DNA of 64,000 nt, from NCBI GenBank assembly GCA_037447605.1, contig CM074811.1, positions 620,001 to 684,000 on the forward strand, written 5' to 3'. Each line of letters begins with the position of its first letter. Within the stretch, counting starts at the first letter, position 1. Shown piece after piece: positions 24,901 to 36,948 of this stretch. This stretch comes from Zygnema circumcarinatum SAG 698-1b. Its lineage: Eukaryota > Plantae > Zygnematophyceae. The notes beneath the pieces were generated by a model, which saw only the letters and a program-made list of their open reading frames with translations, was not told the origin of the DNA and searched no databases. A program made the position numbers and the translations under genes.

Positions 24901-26874
24901 CGGATTCGCAGTTATTGAATCCTGTTTCAGTTTCGTTGGCATTCATACAGCAAAAGGTAAATGAGAATCCATCAGCTGAACAAACAAACGTTCATTGTCC
25001 CTAACATAAACTCTCTATATACACAGGAACAGCACTGGAACATGGGGGTGCTCTCGCTCCACCTTCCCCCTCTTTCCCTCCTCCTTCCCCCTCTGCCCCT
25101 TCCTCCCTCCCTCTTCCTCCCCCTCCTTCCCCTCTATCCCCCCCTCCCCCTTTCCTCCCCTTCCTCCACCCCTTTCCTTCCCTCCTGCCTCCCCCCTCCC
25201 TCCTGCCCTCTGCCCCCCTGCCTCACTTTTTATCTCCCTCCTTACTTTCCCCCTCCCGACTCCACCCTCCGCCTCCACCACCACCCCTCATCACCTCTCC
25301 CTCTCCCTCTCCCTCTCCCTCTCCCTCTCCCTCTCCCTCTCCCTCTCCGCACCCACCCCAAAGTGATGCCGTGCGTGCATGACCACCCTCGGCAGCACGA
25401 CCCGCGACACGCGGCGGCCCAACCGCGGGTCGTCCTTCACCTCCACAACCTGCACATGGACGGACGGACCTCGCAGTTCCGTTTCAGTTCCATTCAGTTC
25501 TAAGGGCAGCTCGACTGAACTGACTGCCCTTCACATGCCGTTCAGAGCTCTGGGCTCATTTGCAGGCATTGGCATCACAAACCGCCACATGGAACACGGC
25601 TGGCAATGAACGCAGGTGTAAAGACTGCAAAAAACCTGTAACTTGGCAAAGGCTCTAGTATCTCGAAAAGGAAGGTTACAGGTTTCGATGTAATACTGAC
25701 TTTAAGGGGCATCAAAAGCGAAAGTAAGCATTACCACGGTACGTCGCCGTTTTCGTTCATCTCGAAAGTGTGAGAATGCATGAGGGTCAAATCCGAGCAC
25801 ATGCATCACCTGCAAGTGTAGAAGCCATACAAGAATCAGGGTTTTTAAGGTTTTTAGGGTTTTATCATCAGGGTATTTAGCCTAAAGTCACAGGGTTTAT
25901 GAAATTTAGGGCTTCGTAAGTTTCAAGCGTTTCTGGGGTCTCAGGAGTTTCAGGAGCTCTCACTTACTCCATTATGGCTATAAAGTTCAAGTTAAAGTTT
26001 CTAAAAAGGTTCATCGACATGTTTCAAACTTCTTAGGGCTTCCAAGGACGCTGAGTCAGTAGTCCGCTTGGAGTGAATCCAAATTAAGTGAAGGTGATTT
26101 CATTTTCCATTTCAACGTAAACATATTAAACTTACACGATGAGATACTAATTCATCTCACCCAACAAACAGAGCACAAAGAATTCAACCCTATTCACCTC
26201 ATGGATGAGAGTAGCAGACAGAAGAGTCTCTGCTTCTGCAGTCAGATGCCGCGGGGCCACGTTTATATGTCCTGCAAAATCAGTCAGTTTCAGTTCCGTC
26301 AGAATCCTGTACAGCTTCGATCTCTATCTATACTACAAATCCAGGAAGTAGCCTCTCAACAAAAGAAATAATCCATGGACAACATAAGGATCGAAACCAC
26401 TTTCAATGGACCAATGCTCTACCAGTGCTTGTGAAAAAAAAGCACGAAACCTCAACAAACATCAAACTCGGAGAAACCTGAAGTTCGAAAAAAAAAAAAA
26501 AAAAAAAAANNNNNNNNNNCCTCCCTCTCCTCCCTCTCCTCCCTCTCAACCCCTCTCCTCCATCTCCTCTCTCTCCCTCCCTCTCCTCCCTCTCAACCCC
26601 TCTCCTCCCTCTCCTCCCTCTCCTCCCTCTCCTCCCTCTCCCTCCCTCTCCCTCCCTCTCCTCCCTCTCCCACCTGCAATGGCCCGCCCCCACTGGTCCC
26701 TCTCACACGCCACCGCCCACGCGAGCGTGTTCCCTGTGGTCGGCCGCGTCGTCACCAACAGCACAAGGTCCGCCTCCAGCACGCCCTCTGAAGCACCCAG
26801 GAGGAGAGAGAGAGGGGGCAGAGAGGGAGAGACCGAGAGTGAGAGCGAGTAAGAGAGAGAGAAGCGAGAGAGAA

Positions 26875-26907
<33 letters not shown>

Positions 26908-28740
26908 AAGATAGAGAGAAAGAAAGAGAGAGAGAAAGAAAGAGAGAGAGAGAGAGAGAGAGGGACAGACCCTCAACGTAGCGTCGCGGCAGCGGCACGC
27001 CCCCGTCCTGTCCGCACGCGCTGCACCCCGAGAGGCGGAGGGCCCCGCGGACGCGCTCCACCGCGATCGCCAATGCGAACCATGCGGCGGCCTCGCCCAG
27101 GGCCTGCGGGCAANNNNNNNNNNGAGGGGAGGGAGGGAGGGAGGGAGGGAGGGAAGGAGGGAGGGAGGGAGGGAGGGATGGACTCTCACTGCTCGTAGGC
27201 GAGTCCGTTTGTCGTCGTGTGCAATGTCTTCTACAGTGCAGTTGTACCAGCAGTCCCCCAGTAAGGGGGGTTCCCCCCGCGGGTCGCAGAGCAGCCTCTC
27301 TGCCCCCGGGAGGCCCGCGGGAGGCTCGCCCATCTGCTCACCCACCTTCATATACCAATTCGTAAAACACCCTCGAAATTCTTCTCCTGCCTTTGAAACA
27401 CCTAAATGACTTAAGTCAATCCTCGAACAGGCAACAAAGGTGTCCCCTCCTCACCTTCACAATGACTCCGACTGTTGTGCAATCCCGTTCGGGAGAATGA
27501 CCCACTGCATCGTAGTTGAGGTATATACGAATGGGCTGCTTGCTATCCGTCGCCTGCTCTCCCTCAGCAGAGAGGAGATTCCGGGAACCCTCTCGCCGCT
27601 CCAAAGTGGGTTCGTATTGCTGTTAACCAGAAAAAAGTTGAAGGGGACTATTAGGTTTCGAAAGGTTTAAGCTAAATGATTTTGAGGGCTTCCAGAATGT
27701 TCAGGGTTGTCGTGCATTTCATATTGAAGCTCCTAAGGTTTTGAGCTTTCAAGCTTCTAGGGTTACTATGAATTCAATTCTAGGGGTCCAATGGCTTCGA
27801 TATCGTCAATATAGTTCAACGGATTTGGTGATGTGACCCATATCTGTCTCCATGCTGCAAAATTTTAGGTCAATTCAAATTTTCAACGGATTTAAGAAAT
27901 TTCAAAAATGAAACGTAATGTTTCACAGCCATTGAAGTACGCCTCTCACCTGAGGAGTAACGGTGTATTCCGGAATCCCTCGACTTCTCCGTTGCTCCAA
28001 AATTTCGCCGTGTATGCATGAATGCGTTTTGGGAACTGTTCCGGAAAGTTTTTCGTCCTCGATGCTCCGCAGCTCCCTCGCTGACGCTGCAGAAAATAGC
28101 AGCGGCAAAAAAACTCCAATGACGCAACCCTATTTTCCCATAGACCCAAGAAAACCCGTCCCCGTTGTTTCATTATCGTCAACAGGCAGTGCTGGCGGGG
28201 GGGAGGGGGGAGGGGGAGGGGGAGGGGGAGGGGGGAGGGGGGAGGGGGAGGGGGGAGGGGGGAGGGGGAAGGGGGAAGGGTGAGGGACGGGGGGGACGGG
28301 GGAGGGGGGGAGGGGAGAGGGGAGAGGGGAGAGGGTAGCGGGGAGCGGGGAGCGGGGAGCGGGGAGCGGGGAGCGGGGAGCGGGGAGCGGGGAGCGGGGA
28401 GCGGGGAGCGGAGAGCAGGAAGGTGGGAGGGGGGAGAGGGGAGAGGGAATGGAGGAGAGGGGAGAGGAGAGAGGGGAGAGAGGAGAGAGGGGAGAGGGGA
28501 GAGGACAAAATAGTAGGAAGGCGGCAATTAAGAGAAATTAGGGGTGACAACGATAGTTATTCTATTCATATTCTATGCGAATGCAGACTTAATTCTTCAG
28601 CTTAAAGAATCTTCCGCATGAAGCGCGCCCCAGGCCACCCGTGTAGGTGAAGCTCTCTCCCTTTCCCCCCCCAGAGGGTGCGAGCATTAGCAACATCACC
28701 GGCAGGCGACATCACTCACTAGAGGAAGCTTCCGCGTCAT
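18903..28740 (-). CDS. Leishmanolysin-like (peptidase M8) zinc metalloendopeptidase with EGF-like repeats and a C-terminal TM segment
   Basis: Minus-strand exons 28740-28720, 28129-27950, 27619-27455, 27333-27190, 27103-26971, 26787-26674, 26271-26198, 25809-25735, 25449-25357, 24850-24790, 24049-23800, 23329-23247, 22861-22736, 22290-22191, 21857-21788, 21610-21458, 21013-20918, 20622-20246, 19562-18903. Signal peptide [24 protein letters not shown]; HEVMH zinc motif split by an intron; [18 protein letters not shown]; [10 protein letters not shown]; Cys-rich EGF repeats. The start exon is less certain than the body. Confidence 0.95.
19662..20224 (+). repeat. ~560-bp compound CT/CTTT microsatellite filling the last M8-peptidase intron
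   Basis: Direct reading. Confidence 0.95.
24084..24181 (+). repeat. 3 x 33-bp intronic minisatellite (AAGTCAAGGCAGCTGGGACCCAGGGGTCAAGGG)
   Basis: Direct reading; sits just upstream (in gene orientation) of the acceptor at 24050. Confidence 0.9.
28337..28410 (+). repeat. (AGCGGGG)n heptamer array, ~10 copies, inside a G-rich intron tract
   Basis: Direct reading. Confidence 0.9.
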
Positions 28741-28850
28741 TTCTGAAGAGAGGCGCCTTCCCCCCGCCTCCTCTGCGCGCTCTCGCAGCCTCCCGCACAC
28801 GTCCGCCTGACCATCAGGAGCTCTAAAACCCTCCACCTCGCCACGCCCTC

Positions 28851-28870
28851 AACCCTAACCCTAACCCTAA
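28851..28870 (+). promoter_or_regulatory. (CCCTAA)3 telo-box-like tract upstream of the M8-peptidase start codon
   Basis: AACCCTAACCCTAACCCTAA. Single AAACCCTA telo-boxes are frequent elsewhere in the window. Function inferred only. Confidence 0.45.
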
Positions 28871-29767
28871 TCTTGAACACTCCAGTTGATACTGAAATTG
28901 GAATGCAGTCTCCAAACGCTAGGCAGTGCTCCCTCGGTGGTTGATTCTGACTCCCTCCACATCCCTCCTCTGCCTCTCTCTCTCCCTCTCCGCTCTCTCC
29001 CTCTCCGCTCTCTCCCTCGCCCGCTCTCTACTTCCCTTTCCGCATGCAGGTGGCCCTGTGCGCGCATTGCATGCGCCGTTCCATGCGCCAGTTGGCTCCG
29101 TTAGGGTTTGCACCGCCACCCGCCTCAACGGCAGCAGGAGCCGTCCCCGGGGGGGGGGGCAGCGGGGGGGGGGCGAGGGGGGGGGGGGGGGGGGGGGCCA
29201 TCCGGGCAGCTGAAACCTTTGGAATGTGGCTGCCCGTCATCTTGGGCTGAAATATAATAAAATAAAGTGACGATTGGGATTCATTTCCTGAACTGTCAAC
29301 TGCCACGTGGTGGTTGGTCAACTGCTTCCTTCCGGCCGGAAGGAAGCGACAGCAATGTACGAAGGGTTTGAACAGTACGAAGAATCGAATTCTGTCAACA
29401 ATGGCGGAAAGGTGGCCCGCCTATTTCCAAAAGCTGGCGGAAATGGACCAATCAGAAGGTACCATGTGTGACAGATCGCGTTGGCCGTTGAATTCGGTTG
29501 ACCAATGAGCGGATTTACCCTACACGTGACGTGACGGTAAGTTTGGACTTAACGCTAGCTGCCAAAGCGGCGGTTGACTTGACTTGAATTGAAGGGTCCA
29601 AGGGCCATAACGGCGCCACGTCAGGGGTTCAACGGTACTTCAGGCCGCGATTCGCATGCTTCTAGCGGAACGCGCCCTGTTTAACGGGATACCGTTAACT
29701 GTAACAGGACACCTCCCGCCTACGGCGAAACTCATAGCGCCGCGACTGAGCGTCAGCCACCGACATA

Positions 29768-30059
29768 GAGGCCGTCCTGCTGGCGCTTGGGTGATTAGGG
29801 CGGCATCTGTCGTTTGAGATGAGGGTGGATATGTTATGATATTCTGACGTATCAGTTATGGACAAAGTCGGCGGCTGCCGGTCACTGTTACCGTCCTCGT
29901 CCGTACACCATCTTCGGGGACGACCACCGGCCGGCCTGACGCCGCCGGCAGCGGCTGGCCGTCAAATCCGATACGTTGGCGATTTCACGATATTCTCATT
30001 TTTCCCTTTAAAACGACAAATCTGCCGCCCTGTCGCCCAAGCGCCAGCAGGACGGCCTC
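29768..30059. mobile_element. MITE-like 292-bp segment with ~48-bp imperfect terminal inverted repeats
   Basis: GAGGCCGTCCTGCTGGCGCTTGGG...TGTCGTTT (29768-29815) vs AAACGACA...CCCAAGCGCCAGCAGGACGGCCTC (30011-30059); the outer 24 bp are perfect. No TSD found. Confidence 0.6.
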
Positions 30060-31013
30060 GTCTGCCTGAAAGCGTCCAAAAGTAGTCGGTGGCCTGTGAT
30101 TGGCTCGTGCTGCCGCGCTAGTAATGGCTGTACGGCCGCCTCGGACCAGCCAACAGCTCAAAGCAAGCCCGATGCGTACGGCACCCAGCCGGACGGACTC
30201 GTCGAATTTTTAATCGCCCGGTTTGACTGCTGCCCGTCCTTTGAACGGCCGCAGATGAGCATGTACATGTGCACCAGCAGTTTAATGTGAGCGTAAACTG
30301 TGGGGAGAGGGTCCATGCTCTCCTTGTTCCCCGTTCTACGGGCTCTTCCACGTGTCCTTGCCCGCGCAGCTGTCCGCCCCCTTCAGTCACAAAACGACAA
30401 ACTCCTCATCATGTTGACCGTTCACACTAACCAAGTCGAACAGAAACGACAAACCTCATAAAACTGTTGTCAATTTGTCGCAATGAGACGCGCTGATGGA
30501 ACTCGGCCCTTTGTCGCTTACGGTACTGTAGCTGCGTCTCGTCCATGCTGTACGGATGGTACAGTCAGTCCGTTCGGTCGGGCGTTGAGTTGGCGGCGGC
30601 AGGATTCGTGGTTTCGGGTGTGGCTCGCAGTTGAGGGAGGGAGGCGAACCATGCGCTCACGCACAACACTAATACTTGGCGCTGGGGAAAACGACAAAAT
30701 GTTCACTCTTAGGCGTGGATGCTCATGCTAGGGGCTGTGCATGTGAACTTGAAATGGGAAGTTTTAAGATGAGATGGCCCCATCCAGAAATTAAAATTGG
30801 CACAGAAGGAGAAAGAGCTATAGACTTCGAACCGAGAGGAAAAACAGCTTTAAGAAGGAAGTGAATGAATTTAGGGTTCTGCTTACAATGGGCTCTTGAA
30901 GGGGCACTATGCTACAAAGAGTGGGTGAATTTGAATGGAAACAATCTATGTGCTGATGATGTTGTTTCGGTTGGCCAGAACAGAACGGCACGCAGCTTCC
31001 CCATGTGGCTCCA

Positions 31014-31052
31014 GCTACAGGCGGCTGCTACAGGCGGCTGCTACAGGCGGGT
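31014..31052 (+). repeat. 3 x 13-bp tandem repeat (GCTACAGGCGGCT) encoding the PUMY C-terminus and stop
   Basis: Units 31014-31026, 31027-31039, 31040-31052 (last has one mismatch). Confidence 0.9.
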
Positions 31053-32830
31053 GCAGGAGGCGGCGGCGGTGCAGGGCGACGCAGACCTCCGCTCCGACCT
31101 TGGCGTTGTTTTTCACGAGGGCGATGTCTGGAGGAGGGGGGGGCGGTCAAGGATACCGCAATGGGCAATCATTCAGAAACGTCAGCGTATTTGACTTTGA
31201 CATAGTTTGACTTTGACATAGTTTGACTTTGACTTCCACTTTGAAAGTGACTTGAGAGGGAGAGGGAGGGAGAGGGAGAGGGAGAGGGAGAGGGAGAGGG
31301 AGAGGGAGGAGGAGGATACTGGCCGCCAGGGAGGCGCCTCCGGTGAGTTCGCTGATGCGGCGGAGGAGGAAGGGCGTCACATGGCTGCCGCCCACCCCCT
31401 GAACCCTACACCCTCTTGCAAAAAAAACCTCAATCAAAAGCAGTGCCTCTCCACTCCCCATCCCTCTCTCTCTCTCCCTCTCTCTCTCAACCCTCTCTCT
31501 CTCTCTCCCACTCCCTCCCCTCTCCCAGCATCTCAAGCCCCTTCAAGGTCCCGTCCCTCTCCCTACTCAGCCTCCTTCAGAGCGGTGCAGATCGCCGCCT
31601 CCACGTGTCGACCCGCCGCCGCGTCCTCCGCCGGAATCGGAACGGCGATGACCATTCCGCTGCCGAGTTCCATGCGGCCGTTGGCCTCTGCGGCGAACAG
31701 TTCCGTTCCGTTCAGTTTAGTTGCACAGAAACACCGCAGAGAACGCCCTGCCCTCTCACATGGAACAGTGTGACGTGACCAGGAACCCTACAAGCGCTGG
31801 TATCCAATCAGTTCTTGACAACTCCAAAAACGACCAACGATGAACAGACTCGGCAAAATCGATAAAACATTGCAAACCCTAACCCTAATTTTAGGAATGT
31901 TTAAAACCTTAATTTGGTGGGAACCCTAAACGAGAGAGCTTTAGAAGTAAAAGCTCAGTTTGAAAGTTTTTGAAAAAGTGTACGAACGCACCAATCAGAG
32001 CTGCACAGCTGTCGGGATCATCCACTCGACATGGAACCTGCCACGCGTCACTTCAGTTCAGTTCAGTTCAACCCAAGCAGTAAAACTGGAAGCAGCTTTC
32101 AAGAACATTTTGTTCGCACCCAAAAAACCAAAAAAAAGCCCCAAAAAGGATTCGGGAAAAAGGGGGGATAAAGTTGAGCAAGGAGACGGGAAAGTGTTTA
32201 TGAATGATTCCATCGTTGATATAAAAATAAATAAAAAGAATTTAATGAGAAAGCATGGAGGGGGGGGGGGGACACCTGGCAGCCGCTGGTTGGAGTAAAG
32301 AAGGCAGGAAATTCGTCCGTGCCGTACCCGACCACTGTCACTCCCTGCGTTTCCTGCACAGCGCTAACTCGCATAATGGAGGGTGTTAGAGGGGGCAAGG
32401 CTTCTAAAGTTCCTGGGAGGGAGAGAAGGAGAGAGAGAGAGAGAGGGAAAGGAGAGGGAGGGAAGGAAGGAGGAAAGAGAAGCAGGCACCGGGGGGAGGA
32501 GGGAACCGGTAGGAAGAAACAGAGGGAGACAGTGAAAGGGAAGGGGGGGGGGGAGAGAGAGAGAGAGAGAGAGAGGGGGAGGGGCGAAAAGAGAGCTCTC
32601 GCACCAAGTACTCGAGAGTGCGTGGAATGTCGAGGACGGACTTTGCGCCGGCGCACACGACGGCGACAGGTGTCCTCCCGAGCTCCGTCAGATCGGAGGA
32701 CACATCCATGGCTGAGATGCACCCACGTAGGCCACCAAGAGAGAGAGAGAGGGAGAGAGAGAGAGAGAAAGAGAAAAAAGAAAAGCGTTCATACATTCGC
32801 ACAAGGATCTCCATCCGTCTCCTTCGTTCG

Positions 32831-32861
<31 letters not shown>

Positions 32862-34712
32862 CACACACAAAGCCTCCCTCTGCCCCTTCCTCCCTTTCTC
32901 TTCCTCCCTCCAACCTCTTTCCAATGTCCCGTTCACGACTCTTCGGAAGTGCAGACGCCCGCCATGCTTTTGGCGGTTAAAGTGCCAAAAGCATGTGACG
33001 AGGTTGCAGGGTTCAGGGCCTAGGGTTGCAGGGTTCAGGGCCTAGGGTTGCAGGGTTCAGGGCCTAGGGTTGCAGGGTTCAGGGCCTAGGGTTGCAGGGT
33101 TCAGGGCCTAGGGTTGCAGGGTTCAGGGCCTAGGGTTGCAGGGTTCAGGGCCTAGGGTTGCAGGGTTCAGGGCCTAGGGTTGCAGGGTTCAGGGCCTAGG
33201 GTTGCAGGGTTCAGGGCCTAGGGTTGCACTCACAGGCCTCCCCGTGGCGGTGGACGCCGCCGATCCCTCCCGTCACGAACACACGGATGCCCACCTGACG
33301 GGACACACGCGCCTCTGTTCTCCGTTCAGTAATGGACAGAGGGAGGGAGGGAGGGACGGGGGGAGGGGGAGGGGGAGGGGGAGGGGGAGGGGAGGACGCG
33401 GTTTTTTGGGGTTCAGGGCGCCACCTTGGCAGCAAAGAACATCGTCGCTGACACCGTTGTTGCTCCCGTTTGGCGTTTTGCAATCTGTTGCACTCATGTT
33501 ACAATGATCTCAGAGACGAGAGGGGGAGAGAGGAAAGGGGGGGGGGGGGGGGGGGGTAAGGTGGGAGTGGAGGGGTGGGGTGAGGGGAAGAGGCAGAGAA
33601 AGAAAGCATCAGAAAGAAACAAGGGGGAAAGACAGGGGAGCGAGATGAAGAGACAGAAAGAGAGCATCAAAAAGTAAAGCGAAGTGATAGGGGGAGAGAG
33701 AGAGAGATCATGCCGCTGCACGAGTCACGTCCTTTATATAAAGCTTTATTATAAAGAAATACAGTCCACCTTATTTCCTCCCTCCGCCCACTCCCTTCCT
33801 CTCTCTTCCCTCTCTCTCTCTCCCTCCCTCACCACGGCTGCCACGTCCCTCCGAGCGGTCTTCACCGCCTCCTTCCCGAGCCGAGCGAGCGCTCCGAGTC
33901 GATCTCGGGTCATTCCTGAGACAAATCCGACCACCCCAAACCCTAAAAATTACTGCAAGGAAGGTAGTTTAAGATGATTCCAAGCTACATTCGCCCTCCC
34001 TCTCTCCCTCTCCCACTCTCGGTCTCCCTCCTGTCCCGCTCTCCCATCTTCCTCCCTCTGCCCTTACGCCTCTGTCCTCTCATGCTGGCTATCTGTTTCT
34101 GCAAGTGGAACACGATCGAAATGTGGTGATTCCTATGGGGGAAAAGCTAGGAATAACAAACAAACAAATTACAAAAACAGAAGAAAAGAAGGGAAATTCT
34201 TCCTGACCTATATGGGGTACACCTTCACATATGGCGATGGTGGCGGGGACGGCTCCGACCGCCCTAATAATGGATTCAACTTGCTCAGCAGTAGCCAGAT
34301 TCTGGGGAAAGGGCATTCCTGGAATTGAAAATGAATTAAACCAGAAGAAAAAAGAAAGCGAAAAGGTCAAAACAAAAGTCGCAACTTCTGTCAGTACAAG
34401 CGAGTACACTTCGCGGAGGAAAGGACATATTATACAAACCCTAAATTTACCAGGAATCTCTGATCACTGCAACCCTACAAAGAACTAAAATAGGCAGAAC
34501 AAGGGCAAGCACAAACTGAGATTTCATTAGGTCGATAAAGCAGAAACAGAACTTGGCAGGCGGGGGGGGGAGCGATACAGCGAGAGGACGGGGCGAGGGA
34601 GCGGCACACACAGTGGGGTGGGGAGGGGATTGAAAGAAGAGAGAAAGGAAGTGGCAGGGAGGAAGGGCCAGCGAGAGAGAGAGAGAGCGAGCGAGCGAAA
34701 GAGAGAGGGAGA

Positions 34713-34765
<53 letters not shown>

Positions 34766-35757
34766 TGGCACACAATGGTGGACTCCAGCGCCACCACGGG
34801 CCTCCCGCAGAGCAGCGCATCCTTCACTTCTGCGCTCACTGCCAACCCCGCAGCCTCTGCACTCTCCAGAAGGGCCTGCCAAGAAGGGAGCGGGGAGAGG
34901 GAGAGGGAGAGGGAGAGGGAGAGGGAGAGGGAGAGGGAGAGGGACAGGGAGAGGGAGAGGAAGAGGGAGAGAGAGAGGGAGAGGGAGTGGGAGAGGGTGA
35001 GGGAGAGGGAGAGGGAGAGGGAGAGGGAGAGGGAGAGGGATTGGGATTGGGAGAGGGAGAGGGAGAGGGAGAGGGAGGGGGGGAGGGAAAAGAAGGGGGA
35101 GGGGGGAGAGGGGAGAGGGGAGAGTGGGAGCCAATTAGGGTTTTACGATTCTTAAGAGAGAGAGGGCGACATCATTTCCTTTAAGAGTCCTAGGAGGCTA
35201 TAGAGATTCAGAAGAGGGTTATGGCTGTTTGGGGTTCTGTGAGATCTGAGGTTTTGAGATTTTCGGAATTTCGAGTTTCTGGGGTTGTTGGGGTTTTAGG
35301 GAATTCATTTATTATTTATTTATGGTTGTAGGGAACTCGGGTTCAGGTTTGTAGAGTTAAAATTTAACTTTAAATTTAAATTTTCCAGGGGTTTAGCAGT
35401 TTATATTTGGAGCTTAAAAGACTTCAAGCATTGAAAAGGTTTTAGAGCTTAAGGTCGAAGGCTTTGCAGGGCTTAAAGATTAACATTCAAAAAATAAAAA
35501 TAAAACAATGTTTGTTTTCGAGGGTTTTGAAGTCTAGAGTTTTCCGGGATTTAAAATTTTCCGGGTTGTAGGCTTGAGGGCTAAGGGTTTCAGGGTTTTA
35601 GGATGGCAAGGGTTTAATTTAATGATTTGTTTAGAGTGCAGGGTTTTGAATTCCATAGCTTCTAAATTCTCAATTTCACATTTACCAAACCCTAAAATCC
35701 CCGAATGTAGCTACATAACGGTTCCGTAAAAAATCACACCTTCTGCCGTGCAGCCAT
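31015..35757 (-). CDS. PUMY: Pseudouridine-5'-phosphate glycosidase (PsuG/IndA family, plant PUMY-like) ending in PTS1 -SRL
   Basis: Exons 35757-35740 (tentative MAARQK), 34875-34764, 34318-34208, 33915-33833, 33484-33425, 33294-33234, 32711-32605, 32353-32276, 32037-31992, 31687-31567, 31405-31320, 31127-31015. Motifs [90 protein letters not shown]. Confidence 0.94.
33004..33223 (+). repeat. Perfect tandem array, 10 x 22 bp (TTGCAGGG-TTCAGGG-CCTAGGG), telomere-variant-like, in a PUMY intron
   Basis: Direct reading of 33001-33230. Confidence 0.95.
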
Positions 35758-36589
35758 GAGCCACCTCCCCTCCCGTTCCACGTCAGTTACGCGGTTCAGT
35801 TCCGTTCCAGTTTCCGTTTCAGTTCTCGCCAGTTTCACGCAATCCCTGCCGTCCGGACCACGGGCCCAAAAACTGAAAGTCGCGATCGGGATTTCGGCAA
35901 TGTGAACAGTATTAAAATGAAAACAAAATCGTCGGTGTCTTTCGATACCACTCAAATCGATACATAATATCGATACCGTCTCAACAATATCTTGATACCC
36001 TTAGTTTTCCGTAGAACCAAACAACGATGTTGTTTTCCGTACTTTTGGGTTCGCAAACTTTTTCTACCGTTTGAAATTCCGTATCAGCTTCGAGCCCGCT
36101 GATTGGTCTAAACGGCGGCGGATACTACAGACGACCACTCTCGGGAGGCCACGTGTCATTTTTCAATTCGATCAATAGTTTGGGGCCGGTTCAGTGCCAC
36201 GTGGGAGCGTCAGCGGTTCTAATACACTAAACGACAAAATGATATTGCTGATATCTCGATATCCAAAACGATCAGTCGCCATTTCCGTACCCTCTGCATT
36301 CAACGGCCGCTCCCATGAACGCGCACCGGTGACCGGTGACCACACGGACTGTCACTTGGCATCATTGTGGACGCACGTGGCAGATTCTACGGCACTGACA
36401 TCATGGGCAGATCGACGGTCGTCAATGCGCCAGATTTCACTCTTTAAGGCCCGTACGGACATGTGATCACATGACCACAACGGCCGTACGGTGCCGCTCA
36501 ACAGCGGGCCGCGTTCCATGAACGAAATTGGAAAACGCCGTCAGCCAATGGGGGCTCGCCCGCGCATTCACCCCTCCGTAGTTCCTCCC

Positions 36590-36900
36590 TCCCTGGTACC
36601 CTCCCTGGTATCCCCCTCTCGTCTCTTCCCCCTCCCTAGTCGCTCCCTCCGTTCCTAGTCCCTCCCTCCCCAGTCCCTCCCTCCCTACTCCCTCCTCCCC
36701 AGTCCCTCCTTCAGTCCTTCCCCAGTCCCTCCCTTCCTAGTGTCTCCTTCCCAGTCCCTCCCTCCCCAGTCCCTCCCTCCCTAGTCCCTCCCTCCCTAGT
36801 CCCTCCCTCCCTAGTCCCTCCCTCCCTAGTCCCTCCTCCCCAGTCCCTCCCTCCATTTTTCCTTCTCCCCAGTCCCTCCCTCCCTACAGTAGTCCCTCCC
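36590..36900 (+). repeat. Degenerate 15-bp minisatellite (CCCTCCCTCCCYAGT); 4 perfect units at 36771-36830
   Basis: Direct reading. Confidence 0.85.
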
Positions 36901-36948
36901 TCCCGCCGGCCGTACGGTACCGGTCCTACCCACCGACTTCTCTCTCAA

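Noticed and set aside
33004-33223. CRISPR-like or true telomere interpretation of the tandem arrays (also 24084-24181, 43521-43610)
   Set aside because: Units are contiguous with no unique spacers, there are no cas genes, the context is eukaryotic, and the arrays are internal to introns or intergenic DNA rather than terminal.
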